This document shows positions 31,840 through 46,490 of a stretch of 64,000 bases of DNA, piece by piece (within the stretch, counting starts at the first letter, position 1; each line of letters begins with the position of its first letter). Location of the stretch: contig NZ_JAQNDL010000002.1 of the NCBI RefSeq assembly GCF_028368995.1, positions 1,856,001 through 1,920,000 on the forward strand. The letters are read 5' to 3'. This DNA comes from Nannocystis bainbridge. Lineage in GTDB: Bacteria; Myxococcota_A; Polyangia; Nannocystales; Nannocystaceae. The notes under the pieces are model-generated. The model did no database searches, had not been told where the DNA came from, and was given only the letters and a program-made list of their open reading frames with translations. The position numbers were made by a program, and so were the translations under genes.

Positions 31840-31901
31840 GTGGCGGGTCGGGGAAGCGCGGGGATGATAGCGGTCTGATTTTGCCCTGGAAAGCCCCACG
31901 A

Positions 31902-33920
31902 TCATGACCGGGGCTCAGGGGTCGCCGAATCCGACGCGGAACGGACCCGCGGGACCAGCACGAGGCCTGCGAGGGTGATCAGGACCCCGACCCCGAGGGC
32001 GATCCACATGGTCCGGTTGGCCTGCGCCGCGAGGGCCTGCCGGCCCGCCACGACCACGATCGCGGCCGCCAGCAGGTGCTCGGCGATCGCGGGCCAGCGC
32101 CGCCTGCCCGGCACCGCCAGCGCGAGCCCGGTGCCGGCCATCCACGCCATCGCCGCGGCCGGCGCGAGCAGGGCCGCCGCCCCCGCCGACATGCGCGACA
32201 GCACGAGCAGCGCCGCCGGGACGATCACCGCAAGCAGCGCCAGACGAGCCGCCAGGACCGGTCTGCGCGGCCCGAGCGCAGACCCCGCGAACCGCACCAC
32301 CGGGCCGAGCAAGGCCGCCAGCAGGCCGACCAGCAGCGCCAACGCCGAGGCGGCGACGATCCCCTCGGCGACTTCGATGCCGAGCCCGCTACCGCGGTGG
32401 AGCGCCTCCCCCAGCCCGGCGATCGCCCCCGCCAGCGGCAGCGCGTGCGCCGGATCTGTCGGCGGCGTCAGCTCGGGCGTCCACCAGGTCGCGGCCGCCA
32501 GGCTGCCGGCGAGCCCGAGGGTGCCGGCGGCGATCGGCAGGACGCGCGCGACCAGGCCGCGCCAGCCGCCCGACGCCCGCGCCGGGCCGACCGCGATCGC
32601 GGCGTGACCTGACCCGAGGGCCAGGAGCGCGACCCACGGTCCGAGCGCCAGCGGCGCCTCCCAGCCGGCCGGGCGCGACCAGGCTTCGACCTGTACCGAG
32701 AGACCTGGCGCGAGGAACATGAACGAAAGGACAGCCGCGATCGCGGCGGTCGCCCCGCCCCAGCGCGACAGTCCGGCCGCGGCCTGGCCGCGCGGCCCGC
32801 AGGCGGCCACGAACACCAGCCCGAGGGCGATCCAGGCCCACGCCCGCAGCTCGCCGTAGACCCGCTCGCGCGGCCACCCGAGCGCGCGCGCCAGCGACAG
32901 CCGCGGCTGGCCGAGCGCCTCGGTGTAGCCGGTCCAGCGCCCGGTCAGCCCGAGCCCGGCGCTGGCCTCGGAGCTGTACTTGTCGGGGCACATGCGCTCC
33001 ATCACCGGGTCGGGCTGGCGCGGGCGCGGGTTGTTTGGCGCGCCGGGGCACACGAACTCGACCCGCGATCCGCGGCCGACCCCGCCCGAGGTCACGTGCA
33101 GGCGCGGCTCGGTCGGCGCCTCCGCCGGCCGGTCGAGCCGCTCGCGCGCCTCCGGCAGCTCCTCGGCCGTCACCGTCGCCGCGGCGAACGCCTGGTACGC
33201 GCGCGCCGGCCCGTGCTCGGCGTACTGCAGCTCGGCGATCTTCTGCAGGTCGCGGGTCAGCGCCTCGGCCAGCGCCGCCGGGCCGTAGCCCTTGCTGCCG
33301 TCGGGCTCGACGTAATCGTTGATCGGCAGGTCGAACGGGCCGTAGCCGTCGATCACGATCGCCGTGGTCTGAAACGGGTGGATGCCGAGGATCGGCCCGC
33401 CCCACGTCTCGCCGCGCGCGTGGGCCCCGGCGGCCTCGAAGCGGGCGCCCGCGGCCCCGGCGGCGAATGTCCCCAAGACCATGGCGCAAAGGACAGGTCC
33501 TTGCAGCCATGTCCTTCGGGCCAGGAAGCCGAGCGGCAGGACCAGCGCGGCCAGCAGCGCCGGCGCGGCCGCCCACAGCGCCGCCGGATAGGCCACCACG
33601 ACCCCGGCGATCGCCCGCGCGGCGACGGTGGCGATCGGGATCGCGGGGGCCAGGATCAGGGCCGCCAGCGCGATCCGGCGCGCCCGCGGCAGCCCGGCGA
33701 TCACGGCCGGATCGGGGGCCCCCGGGCCGCGCCGCGCGACCAGCAGGACCGCGCCGAAGCCGATCACGACCGCCGGCACAGCGCCCCACGCGAGCGGCAC
33801 CGCCAGGCCCGCGGTCAGGCCGACGCCTGCGGCGACCGCGACGCCGCCGAGGTCGGCCACGGCCGGCGCGGGCCCGGGCGAGGGCGGCACGATCTCGGAG
33901 GCGGCAGGGCCCGCGGACAC
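31902..33920 (-). CDS. Polytopic membrane protein of unknown function
   Basis: Many TM segments flanking a soluble domain (GIHPFQ..IDGYGPFD.PINDYVEP, two Cys). Confidence 0.75.
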   Translation of the reverse strand: MSAGPAASEIVPPSPGPAPAVADLGGVAVAAGVGLTAGLAVPLAWGAVPAVVIGFGAVLLVARRGPGAPDPAVIAGLPRARRIALAALILAPAIPIATVAARAIAGVVVAYPAALWAAAPALLAALVLPLGFLARRTWLQGPVLCAMVLGTFAAGAAGARFEAAGAHARGETWGGPILGIHPFQTTAIVIDGYGPFDLPINDYVEPDGSKGYGPAALAEALTRDLQKIAELQYAEHGPARAYQAFAAATVTAEELPEARERLDRPAEAPTEPRLHVTSGGVGRGSRVEFVCPGAPNNPRPRQPDPVMERMCPDKYSSEASAGLGLTGRWTGYTEALGQPRLSLARALGWPRERVYGELRAWAWIALGLVFVAACGPRGQAAAGLSRWGGATAAIAAVLSFMFLAPGLSVQVEAWSRPAGWEAPLALGPWVALLALGSGHAAIAVGPARASGGWRGLVARVLPIAAGTLGLAGSLAAATWWTPELTPPTDPAHALPLAGAIAGLGEALHRGSGLGIEVAEGIVAASALALLVGLLAALLGPVVRFAGSALGPRRPVLAARLALLAVIVPAALLVLSRMSAGAAALLAPAAAMAWMAGTGLALAVPGRRRWPAIAEHLLAAAIVVVAGRQALAAQANRTMWIALGVGVLITLAGLVLVPRVRSASDSATPEPRS

Positions 33921-33979
33921 GCGGCTCTTTTACCAGAGCGGCGCGGCGAGGCGGCGCAGATCGGCTAACCTCCCCGCCG

Positions 33980-36379
<2,400 letters not shown>

Positions 36380-36383
36380 CGGG

Positions 36384-36477
36384 TGCGATGGCGCTTCGAG
36401 CATGTCCCGGGGGGCATGCTCGAAGAGACATGCGCGTCAGGACATGTCGAACCCGACATGTCCATCAGGACATGCGC
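36384..36477. repeat. 14-bp-period palindrome array (array 5)
   Basis: GATG at 36387, then CATG at 36401, 36415, 36429, 36443, 36457 and 36471. Perfect unit TGTCCATCAGGACA at 36459-36472. Confidence 0.92.
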
Positions 36478-36630
36478 GCGGGCGCGGCTTCAGCCGGCCG
36501 AGCGCGGCGCGGTGCCTGGCCCTCACCCCGTGCGAGCCACAGCCGCTCCCGGCCCTGCTCTCGCAAGCCGCGAGCCGCGGCCGCTTCCGGCCGGGCTCTC
36601 GCTAGCCACGGGCCCGACGGGCCCCTGCCC

Positions 36631-39600
36631 TCACTTGGCGCGGATGACCTGGTCCTCGGCGGCCTTGATCTTGCGCGTGTAGTCGACGATCTCGGGGTAG
36701 CGCGCGGCCTCGTAGGTGCCGGTCACCAGGGTCGAGCGCGTCGTCATCTTGATCTGCCCCGGGCCGACCTGCTTGACCGTGCGGCGGTAGGTGCCGAACG
36801 GGCCCTCGATCGTCTCCTCGGTCGGCGGCGCGGTGAAGCCGGCGCCGTCGAGCTTGATCGTCAGGCTGGCCTCGAGCAGCGGCGCGTACGGCATCGCCCA
36901 GCCGGTCTTGCGCTGCGGCAGCGAGGCGTAGTTGAGGCCCATGTTCATCGGCACCGAGTTGGCGCGCATCAGCAGCTCGCCGCCCTGCTGGACGATCGCG
37001 CCGCGGACCTTGGCGGTGAAGCGCAGCCGCAGCGGCTTCGGCAGGTCGAGCTTGTGCTCGATGTCGAGGTCGACCAGCTCGGCGCCGGAGCCGACCAGGA
37101 TCGCGCCGAGCTCGGCGCGCTCGAAGCCCTCGTTGATGCGGTCGGCGTCGAGCGTGCGCAGGCCCTCGCGCCAGGCGGCCGCCTCCATGCCCTGGAGCTC
37201 GATCGTGCCGCGCAGCGTGCCAGTGCCGTCGCGCGCCAGCTCGAGCTCGAGCTCGTAGCTGCGGCGGTCGGCCAGGCTCGGCGGCGAGGCCGGCAGCTTG
37301 ACCGGGCCCGGCGCGGGCTCGTCCTCGTCGAGCTGCACGCGCATGCCCTGCGCCTGCGACAGCCCCGGCATCAGGTAGCCGATCGGCAGCACCTTCGAGG
37401 TGGTGAGCACCATCGTCGGCGCCTTGCCGCCGGTGTGGACCGCCAGGATCGGCACCTCGTAGGTCTCGAGCATCGGGCTGCCGCCAGGCAGCGGCTTGAG
37501 CGAGAAGTTGTCGCGCGCCAGCCAGAGCTCACTGCGCACGCCCACCTCGCGCAGCAAGGCCTTGAGCAGCGTCTGCCGGTTGCCGCGGCGGGCCGACAGC
37601 GTCGCGGTGGCCGGCGTCGTGATGTCGCCGGACTCCTCGACCTCCTCGACCACCCACGCCCGCAGCGCCAGCAGCTTGGCCTGCGGGGTGCTGGCGTTGC
37701 GCGTCAGGTTGACGGCCAGCGTCCGCAGCTCGGGGTTGGCGCGCTGGCCGGTGTAGATGCGCAGGCCGAGGCTGGCCAGCCACTTGTTGGGATCGACCGC
37801 GGTGTAGACCCGCACCGACGGGACCTCGTCGAGGATGTGGCGCATCTGCGGCTCGACGCCGATCCGCTGCGAGCGCTCGACCTTCCAGGTCTTCAAGACC
37901 AGGTCGGTGCCGGCCAGCGAGCCCTCGACGGTGGCCGGGGCGCCGACGCGGCGGTCGACCTTGATCGCCACCGACTTGGGGTGCGCGACCAGCAGCTCCG
38001 ACACGTGGAACGGGGTCTCGGCCGACTGGAAGCGGAACGTGGTGAGGTCGATGTAGCCGGGCAACAGGCCCAGCGGCTCGCGGTCGAGCAGCAGCTCGTA
38101 CTCGACGCAGTCGCCGATCTGCAGCCCGCGCAGGCTGAGGCCGCTCTTCTCCGGGATCGACTCCGGCTCGAACACGGCGCCGTCGGCCTTGATGGTGTGC
38201 AGCGTCAGCACGCGAGCGCCGTCGGGCGGCGTGATCTCGCCGTAGCGATCGATCGCCTCTTTGCTGCGCAGCTCGATGATGGTGTGGACGAGCTGGCGCT
38301 GGCTGCCGTCGTCGTAGACCCGGATCGCGCTGCGATCGAGCACCAGCACCTCGCTCGCGCCCTCGTAGTCGCCGGGGCGCGGGGCCGCCGGGGCGCCGGC
38401 CGGGGCCGCGACCGCGAAGTTACTGGCGCGGTAGGCCGCGACCAGCGGGGCTCCGTCGACGCGCAGCTTCTGCAGGTCGTCGGGGATCCCGAGGCCGGCG
38501 GCGATCGTGTGCAGGGCCGAGCTCTGCGGGGCCTTGGTGAGGGCCGCCTGCACGCTCGCGCGCGCGGCCGCCGGGTCGCCGGCGCGGGCCTGCAGGTCGG
38601 CGGTGGCGACCAGCGTGCGCGCGCCGAACGGCCGCAGCGCGAGGATCTTCTTGCGCCACGCGATCGCGGCCGGGTAGTCGCCCTCCGAGATCTCGAGCTC
38701 GGCCAGCTGCTCGATGACATCGAGATCGTCGGGGGTGCGCTCGAGCAGCTTGAGCAGCAGCGCCCGCGCGTCGGCGTTGCGGCCGCGGCGGAACGCCAGG
38801 GCCGCGCGCGAGCCGGTGGTGCCAGCGCAGCGCTCGAGCTCGATCGCCAGCGCGTCCTCGCGGGCGACCTCGCTGCGCCGCTGCGCCAGGGTGCGCTGGG
38901 CCTTGAGCACGGCGCACGCGCGCGGGTGGATCGCGGCGGCCCGCGCCAGCGCGGCCTCGGCCAGCGGCTCGTTGCCGCGGGCGAGGTAGGTGGCGAAGCG
39001 GACCAGCTCGCCCGGCACGTGGCGCAGCGCCTTGGCGGGCAGCGCGGCAAGGGCCGCCTCGACCTCGCTGACCTCGTTCTTCTCGAGGTCGAGCTCGAGC
39101 AGGCGCACGCGCGCGCGATCGAGGTCGGGCGCGAGCCGGACCGCCTCCTCGATCGCCTCGCGCTGGCGCGACGTCGAGGCGGTGCGCTCGCGCGACGGAT
39201 CGGCGATCTCGAACGCCGCGACCAGCACCTGGCCCTCGGGGAAATCGGGCCCGTAGGCCTGCAGGTTGCCGGTGAAGCGCTCGGCGGCGTCGGAGTCGCC
39301 CTCCGCCAGCGCGTCGGCGGCCGCCAGGTAGGCGCGCAGCGGCAGGTAGCTCGGCCCGGCCAGCGGCCCGCGATCGGCGAGCAGGTCGTGGTGACCGATG
39401 CGCAGCGGCTCGCCCGCGAACGGGGTCGTCGCCGCCGGGCCGTCGGCCTTGGCCTGGATCGGCTTGCCGGCGGCGTCGGTGGCCCGCACCAGCACCCAGG
39501 TCTTCTCGCGCGCGGCCGCGGTGTGGATCTCGAGGCGATGCGGCCCGGGCGCGACCTTCAGCTGCAGCAGGTTCTCCGCCGCCGGCCAGCGGTCGCTGCG

Positions 39601-40479
39601 ATCGCTGCGGAAGATCGGCTTGCCGTCGAGGTAGACCCGCATCGGCTCCTGGCTCGACAGACTGAGGACGAGGCTGTCCCCGGGGACAGCCAGGCTCGTG
39701 CGCATGCGCCTGACCCCGCCGCGGGGCGTCATGTTCCACGTGCGCACGGCGCAGGCCAGCGGGGTCAGCACGGCCGTCGTATCGGCCTTGAACGTGTCTG
39801 TCCCGGAGGACATGTCCTTTGCGGCAGCCCGCAGCTCGAGCGCCTCGAGGCTGCCCTCGACCGGGCCGACCGTGAACGCGCGCACGCAGCCCTGCTCGTC
39901 GTAGTACTGCAGGTACGGCTGGTCGAGGCGGCGGGCGATCTGGGCCCGCAAGCTGACGAGCGGCTGGACCACCTCGACCGGCAGGCGGTCGCGCGCCAGC
40001 TTGTCGTAGAAGCGGACGAAGTCCTCGTCGTCGTCGGGCAGCTCGCCGTGGTTCTCGCCGATCAGGCGCGCGGCCAGCTCGGCCAGGCCGGTCTGGACGC
40101 GGCGCGCCTCGGGCTCGGCGCCGGGCTTGGTGGCGCCGACGATCAGCGCCTGGGCCATGCTGCGGGTCGTCTTGAGGTCGAGGCGGGCGTCGGCGAAGAT
40201 CATGCGCGAGGCCTGCGCGACCATGTCGCCCTTGCCGGCCAGGCGGTCGAGGATCGGCCGCGCCTTGGCGGGCTGCTTGAGGAACAGCCAGTGCAGGTGG
40301 GCCGCCTCGCGCCAGGCCGCGTCGTCGTCGGGGTGCGACTTGAGGCGGGCCTCGAGCGCCTTGAGGCGGGCGCGCGCGCTGTCCTCGGTGTGCGGCTCCT
40401 GCGTCGCCTCGCGCGGCTTGCAGGCCGGGGCGGCGGCGAGCAGCGCCAGGGCCGAGAAAACAGCTGTACGAAGGGACAT
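36631..40479 (-). CDS. TPR + DUF3857 + degenerate transglutaminase-like lipoprotein (alternative start 40521)
   Basis: Lipobox-like LAAAPAC, TPR-like helices and a DUF3857-like region (RVYDDGS, GLQIGDCVEY). The catalytic Cys position reads ARRGNRQTLLKALL. Confidence 0.8.
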   Translation of the reverse strand: MSLRTAVFSALALLAAAPACKPREATQEPHTEDSARARLKALEARLKSHPDDDAAWREAAHLHWLFLKQPAKARPILDRLAGKGDMVAQASRMIFADARLDLKTTRSMAQALIVGATKPGAEPEARRVQTGLAELAARLIGENHGELPDDDEDFVRFYDKLARDRLPVEVVQPLVSLRAQIARRLDQPYLQYYDEQGCVRAFTVGPVEGSLEALELRAAAKDMSSGTDTFKADTTAVLTPLACAVRTWNMTPRGGVRRMRTSLAVPGDSLVLSLSSQEPMRVYLDGKPIFRSDRSDRWPAAENLLQLKVAPGPHRLEIHTAAAREKTWVLVRATDAAGKPIQAKADGPAATTPFAGEPLRIGHHDLLADRGPLAGPSYLPLRAYLAAADALAEGDSDAAERFTGNLQAYGPDFPEGQVLVAAFEIADPSRERTASTSRQREAIEEAVRLAPDLDRARVRLLELDLEKNEVSEVEAALAALPAKALRHVPGELVRFATYLARGNEPLAEAALARAAAIHPRACAVLKAQRTLAQRRSEVAREDALAIELERCAGTTGSRAALAFRRGRNADARALLLKLLERTPDDLDVIEQLAELEISEGDYPAAIAWRKKILALRPFGARTLVATADLQARAGDPAAARASVQAALTKAPQSSALHTIAAGLGIPDDLQKLRVDGAPLVAAYRASNFAVAAPAGAPAAPRPGDYEGASEVLVLDRSAIRVYDDGSQRQLVHTIIELRSKEAIDRYGEITPPDGARVLTLHTIKADGAVFEPESIPEKSGLSLRGLQIGDCVEYELLLDREPLGLLPGYIDLTTFRFQSAETPFHVSELLVAHPKSVAIKVDRRVGAPATVEGSLAGTDLVLKTWKVERSQRIGVEPQMRHILDEVPSVRVYTAVDPNKWLASLGLRIYTGQRANPELRTLAVNLTRNASTPQAKLLALRAWVVEEVEESGDITTPATATLSARRGNRQTLLKALLREVGVRSELWLARDNFSLKPLPGGSPMLETYEVPILAVHTGGKAPTMVLTTSKVLPIGYLMPGLSQAQGMRVQLDEDEPAPGPVKLPASPPSLADRRSYELELELARDGTGTLRGTIELQGMEAAAWREGLRTLDADRINEGFERAELGAILVGSGAELVDLDIEHKLDLPKPLRLRFTAKVRGAIVQQGGELLMRANSVPMNMGLNYASLPQRKTGWAMPYAPLLEASLTIKLDGAGFTAPPTEETIEGPFGTYRRTVKQVGPGQIKMTTRSTLVTGTYEAARYPEIVDYTRKIKAAEDQVIRAK

Positions 40480-40522
40480 GCGCGAACGAACAGGGTGCAA
40501 GGGCAAGGTGCTCCGGGACATG

Positions 40523-43500
40523 TCAGTTCGCCCCCCGCGGCTCGGGGCGGAGCTCGAACGCCTGCTCGAGGGCGCCGTCGACCTGGCCGAGGAACTCGCG
40601 CAGGGCGCGGTAGTCGGCGGCCTTGAAGCGGTGGGTGCGGTACTCGAGCTCGGTGCGGACCTCGACGCGGTCGCCGCGGCCGGCGACGTCGAGGGAGAAG
40701 CGGGCGAACGGGGTCTCGAACGACTTGCCCGCCGGCGATGAACCAAAGGTGTAGCCCTTCGGCGCGGTGACCTCGATGACGTTGACCTCGGTGGCCGGGG
40801 CCGCCATCACCAGGTCGTGCTCGCGCGTGGCTTGGCTGGCGAGGCCGCGCTGCAGCCCGGTGCGGTGGCCGAGCACGTTGAAGCGCAGCACGTCGCCCTG
40901 GCGCTGGGCCCACGCGGGCACGCTCCAGGCGCTCTGGATCTGGACCGGGTGCAGCACGTCGTCGATGCCCGGGACCGCGAGCTCGCGGATCTCGAGCCCG
41001 GGGAACTGACCACCCCACACCTGCGTCAGCCGCTCCCTGCGGTTCTCGGCCGCCTGCAGCGCGCTGCGCCACGAGGCCGCCGAGGCGCCGGTGACGGTGA
41101 ACTGGTGCTTCACGTCGGCGCTGCCGTCGGCCTTGAGCTCGACGGTCTGGTGGACGAGCTGCTTGTTGTCGCCGCTGGCGCTGACCGGGATGGTCTTGAA
41201 CTCGGCGCCCTTGCCGTCGCGCACGATGAGCACCGTCGCGCCCTGGTCGCCGGTCGGCAGCTCCTCGGGCCCCGAGAACTCGGCGGTGCCGTCGAGGTAG
41301 AGGTCGAGGCTCGGCACGTAGGTGATCGCGTGGTTGAAAGCCGACAGGCTGGCCGGCGTGGCCCCGAGCGTGCCCTGGTCGCGCGTGCGCACCAGCACCA
41401 GGTGCGAGGCGATGCCGGCCTCGGCGAGCATGACCTTGAGCAGGCTCGCCTTGTCCTTGCAGTCGCCGAAGCGGCGGTCGTACACGTCGGTGGTGCGGTA
41501 GGGCTTGAAGCCGTGGATGCCGAACTCGAGCCCGACGTAGCGGGTCGAGGTGATGACGTGCTTGTAGAGCGCGCGCACCTTGTCGCGCTCCCCTGCCCCT
41601 TTGGGCAGGCTCTTCAGGACCTCCTGGACGGCCGCCTTGATCTTGGCGTCGACGACCAGCTGCTCCTTGACGAGGTTCCAGTACCAGCGGCCGACCGCGT
41701 CCCAGTCGCTGTAGGTGCTGACGTGGAGGTACTTGACCAGCTCGGTCCAGCCCGGCATCCCGCTCTCGGGCTTGATCCCGCGGCGCTCGCCCATGCTCAC
41801 GCGGTAGCGCACGGTGCCCTCGCCGGGCCCGGGCTCCTGCGCGACCGGCTGGTTGAAGTAGAGCTTCCGCGACGACGGCGCCTCGAGCACGTACTCGCGC
41901 AGCAGCTGCGGCTCGAACCCCTCGAGCGGGACCATCTCGCCGAAGTAGTCGTCGAACTTGTTGTGGAGCGCGGTGTCGCGGCGCACGAACGCGACCTCGA
42001 GCACGTCGCCGACGCGCAGGCCGCCGAAGTTCACCCGCTGCTGCCGCTGGTCGTAGAACATGCGGTAGCCGGCGTCGGTCAGCGAGACCACCGTCGGATC
42101 GCCGATCTCCTCGATGCGCCCGTCAGCCCGCCGCACGCGCGCGCGGCGAACCTCGACGTAGGCCTCTTCGGGGTCGTAGACCATGCCCTGCACGGCCTGG
42201 CTGCGGATCCCGCGGTCGTCGAGGACGCGCACGACGCGGTGCTCGAGCCGCTCGGTCAGGCCGTTCGGCAGCACGCGCACCACCGTGCGGTGGAGCAGGA
42301 CCCCGGCGTCCTTGCCAGCCCACGACTTCGGGGTCGGCTTCTTGGCAAGGACCTCGAAGTCGACCGGGTAGCGCGACAGCAGGTCGTCTTTTTGGGTCGC
42401 GTCGAGGGTCGCCAGGTAGTCGCGCAGCTCGGGCTGCTGTGGCCGCAGGGCCAGTGAGCGCCGCACGCTGCGGATCGCCGCCGGACCGTCGCCGTCGCGC
42501 GCGGCCAGGCGGGCCAGCGCGGTGTGGATGTCGGCGTCCTGCGGCGCGAGGTCGACGGCCGCCTGCAGGGCCGCGCGCGCCTTGGCCAGATCGCCGCGCG
42601 CCTCCTCGAGCCGGGCGACCTCGCGGAACGCCTCCGGCAAGCCGGGCACGGCGGCCGCGCGTCGGCGGCCGACCTCGGCGGCCGCGTCCGGCTTGCCGAG
42701 CCGCAGCTTGCCGTCGGCGATCTGCCGCGCCAGCCCGCCGTCGGTCGGCCGCTCCCCGGCGAGCTGCTCGAGCAGCGCCAGCGCCGGCTCGGTCCGCCCG
42801 AGGTCGAGCAGGCGGTCGGCCTTGTCGCGCAGCAGCAGCGCCGACCCGGGGTAGCGCTTGAGCATGGCCTCGACCCATTCGAGCGCCGCCAGCGGGAAGC
42901 CGTCGGTCGCCAGCCGCGTCGCCAGGGTCAGCTCGATCAGGACATCGTCGGGCGTGGTCGTGAAGGCCTCGTCGAGCAGGGTCCGGCCGCGCTCCTCGAG
43001 CCCGAGGCTCTGGTAGCGCAGGCTCAGGTCGGCCAGCATCGACGCCAGCAGCGGCGCGCTCGCCTTGCCCTCCTTGCGCGCGCGCTCGATGCCGGCCAGC
43101 AGCGCGGTCCGGCTCGAATTCTGGTCAGGGTCGAGGATCGACAGCAACTGGGCGCTGCGGGCGCTCTTCAGCGCGTCGTCGGCCTCGCGTGCGCGGTCGA
43201 CCGCGGTGCGATCCTCGGGGGCGAACGGCGCGGTCCAGCGGTAGAACTCGACCAGCGCGAGCCGGTCGGCAGGCCGCGGCTTCGAGCCCTGAGCGCGCGC
43301 CTCGAGCAGCCCGCGCAGGCTCCGGACCGGCTTCAGCTTGGCGAGCTGTTTTGCGGCGGATTTCGCGGCCTTGGGTGCCGGCGGTTCACCCGATGGTTGA
43401 ACCGGATCCGGGGCGCTGCCGCGGACCTCGAGGCCGGCCAGCGGGGCGCCCGACGGCGCGCTGATCCGGGCGTAGAAACCCCAGAGGCCCTCGTCGGCGC

Positions 43501-44335
43501 CGAGCTTGATCAGCAGGCGGTTCCACCCGGCCTGCAGGCGCAGCGGGTGGGCGTCCTGGAGCGCGTTCGGCGAGTGGTAGCTGTCGGCCTGACCGACCGG
43601 GACGCCGTCGAGCCAGATCTTGTAGGCCCCGGCGGCGCCCAGGTGTAGGGCGGCGTCGGCGGCCCGCTCGCTGCGGATCCACAGGGTCGCGTAGCCGGTG
43701 ACGTCCGAGTCCGGCTGGAGGAGATCGCCCAGGTTGACGAAGCCGTTGCGCGGCGCCTTGGCGTGCACGAACGCGCGCCACGGCAACGGCTCGCCCGGCA
43801 GCTTGCCGACGAAGGTCTGGCCGGCCGAAAACGGCGCCGTCTCCGGCTCGAACACCTGGTCGTGGCCGCCGCGGCCGCTGTTGTCGAACGGACCGACGAT
43901 CTGCCAGTCGAGCAGGTAGCCCTCGGCGCGGAAGGCCGCCTCGGCGTCCTGGCCCTGCCCCTGCCCCTCGTGCTCGAGCAGCTGCCCGCGCACGTAGCCG
44001 GCGTAGCTGGCGACCAGCGGCTCCCGGTGCTTGCGCGCGCCGTCGACGAAGGCCAGCAGCTCGTCGCGCGGGACCTCGCCGTGGAGATCGTAGACCAGAC
44101 CGAGCAGCGCGAGCACGGCCGCGGGCCCGGTCTCGTTGCGGAGCAGCGCCTTGCGGCGCTCGAACTCGCGGACCCATCGCCCCGGGTGGGCAGCGTCGCG
44201 GACGCCGGGCTTGAACAGCGAGGCCTGCGGCGCGGCGGCGGGCGGGGTCGGAGCGGTGGCAGGAGCGGCCGGTCCCGGGGCCAGGGCGAGCGCGAGCGCG
44301 AGCCAGGCGTGGCGGGCGGCTGTGACGGCGAGCAT
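40523..44335 (-). CDS. TPR + DUF3857 + transglutaminase-like domain exported protein
   Basis: WQIVGPFDN, TPR-like repeats, DUF3857-like region (RVLPNG, GLRVGDVLE) and triad motifs GDCKDKA, FNHAI and YLDGT. Confidence 0.88.
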   Translation of the reverse strand: MLAVTAARHAWLALALALAPGPAAPATAPTPPAAAPQASLFKPGVRDAAHPGRWVREFERRKALLRNETGPAAVLALLGLVYDLHGEVPRDELLAFVDGARKHREPLVASYAGYVRGQLLEHEGQGQGQDAEAAFRAEGYLLDWQIVGPFDNSGRGGHDQVFEPETAPFSAGQTFVGKLPGEPLPWRAFVHAKAPRNGFVNLGDLLQPDSDVTGYATLWIRSERAADAALHLGAAGAYKIWLDGVPVGQADSYHSPNALQDAHPLRLQAGWNRLLIKLGADEGLWGFYARISAPSGAPLAGLEVRGSAPDPVQPSGEPPAPKAAKSAAKQLAKLKPVRSLRGLLEARAQGSKPRPADRLALVEFYRWTAPFAPEDRTAVDRAREADDALKSARSAQLLSILDPDQNSSRTALLAGIERARKEGKASAPLLASMLADLSLRYQSLGLEERGRTLLDEAFTTTPDDVLIELTLATRLATDGFPLAALEWVEAMLKRYPGSALLLRDKADRLLDLGRTEPALALLEQLAGERPTDGGLARQIADGKLRLGKPDAAAEVGRRRAAAVPGLPEAFREVARLEEARGDLAKARAALQAAVDLAPQDADIHTALARLAARDGDGPAAIRSVRRSLALRPQQPELRDYLATLDATQKDDLLSRYPVDFEVLAKKPTPKSWAGKDAGVLLHRTVVRVLPNGLTERLEHRVVRVLDDRGIRSQAVQGMVYDPEEAYVEVRRARVRRADGRIEEIGDPTVVSLTDAGYRMFYDQRQQRVNFGGLRVGDVLEVAFVRRDTALHNKFDDYFGEMVPLEGFEPQLLREYVLEAPSSRKLYFNQPVAQEPGPGEGTVRYRVSMGERRGIKPESGMPGWTELVKYLHVSTYSDWDAVGRWYWNLVKEQLVVDAKIKAAVQEVLKSLPKGAGERDKVRALYKHVITSTRYVGLEFGIHGFKPYRTTDVYDRRFGDCKDKASLLKVMLAEAGIASHLVLVRTRDQGTLGATPASLSAFNHAITYVPSLDLYLDGTAEFSGPEELPTGDQGATVLIVRDGKGAEFKTIPVSASGDNKQLVHQTVELKADGSADVKHQFTVTGASAASWRSALQAAENRRERLTQVWGGQFPGLEIRELAVPGIDDVLHPVQIQSAWSVPAWAQRQGDVLRFNVLGHRTGLQRGLASQATREHDLVMAAPATEVNVIEVTAPKGYTFGSSPAGKSFETPFARFSLDVAGRGDRVEVRTELEYRTHRFKAADYRALREFLGQVDGALEQAFELRPEPRGAN

Positions 44336-44438
44336 GGGCGGGCCATGATGCGGGAGTTTTTCCCCGGTTGCCACAGTCCGCGCACCAGTGCGCGAGCAGG
44401 CCGTGGCGCGCGGCCGGCGAGGCGCGCGCGCCCGACCG

Positions 44439-46391
<1,953 letters not shown>

Positions 46392-46490
46392 GAGCGGCAG
46401 GATAGCGGCTCGCCGCGGCGCGCGGAGGACTTCACGCAGGACGGCGTTGGCGGGGCGCGGGGGCCGATCGGGGCCGCCCGCCCGGGTCGG

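Noticed and set aside
36384-36477. Arrays as MITE/REP insertions or transposon ends
   Set aside because: No shared flanks, terminal repeats, target duplications or transposase; coding copies appear to be embedded without insertions.
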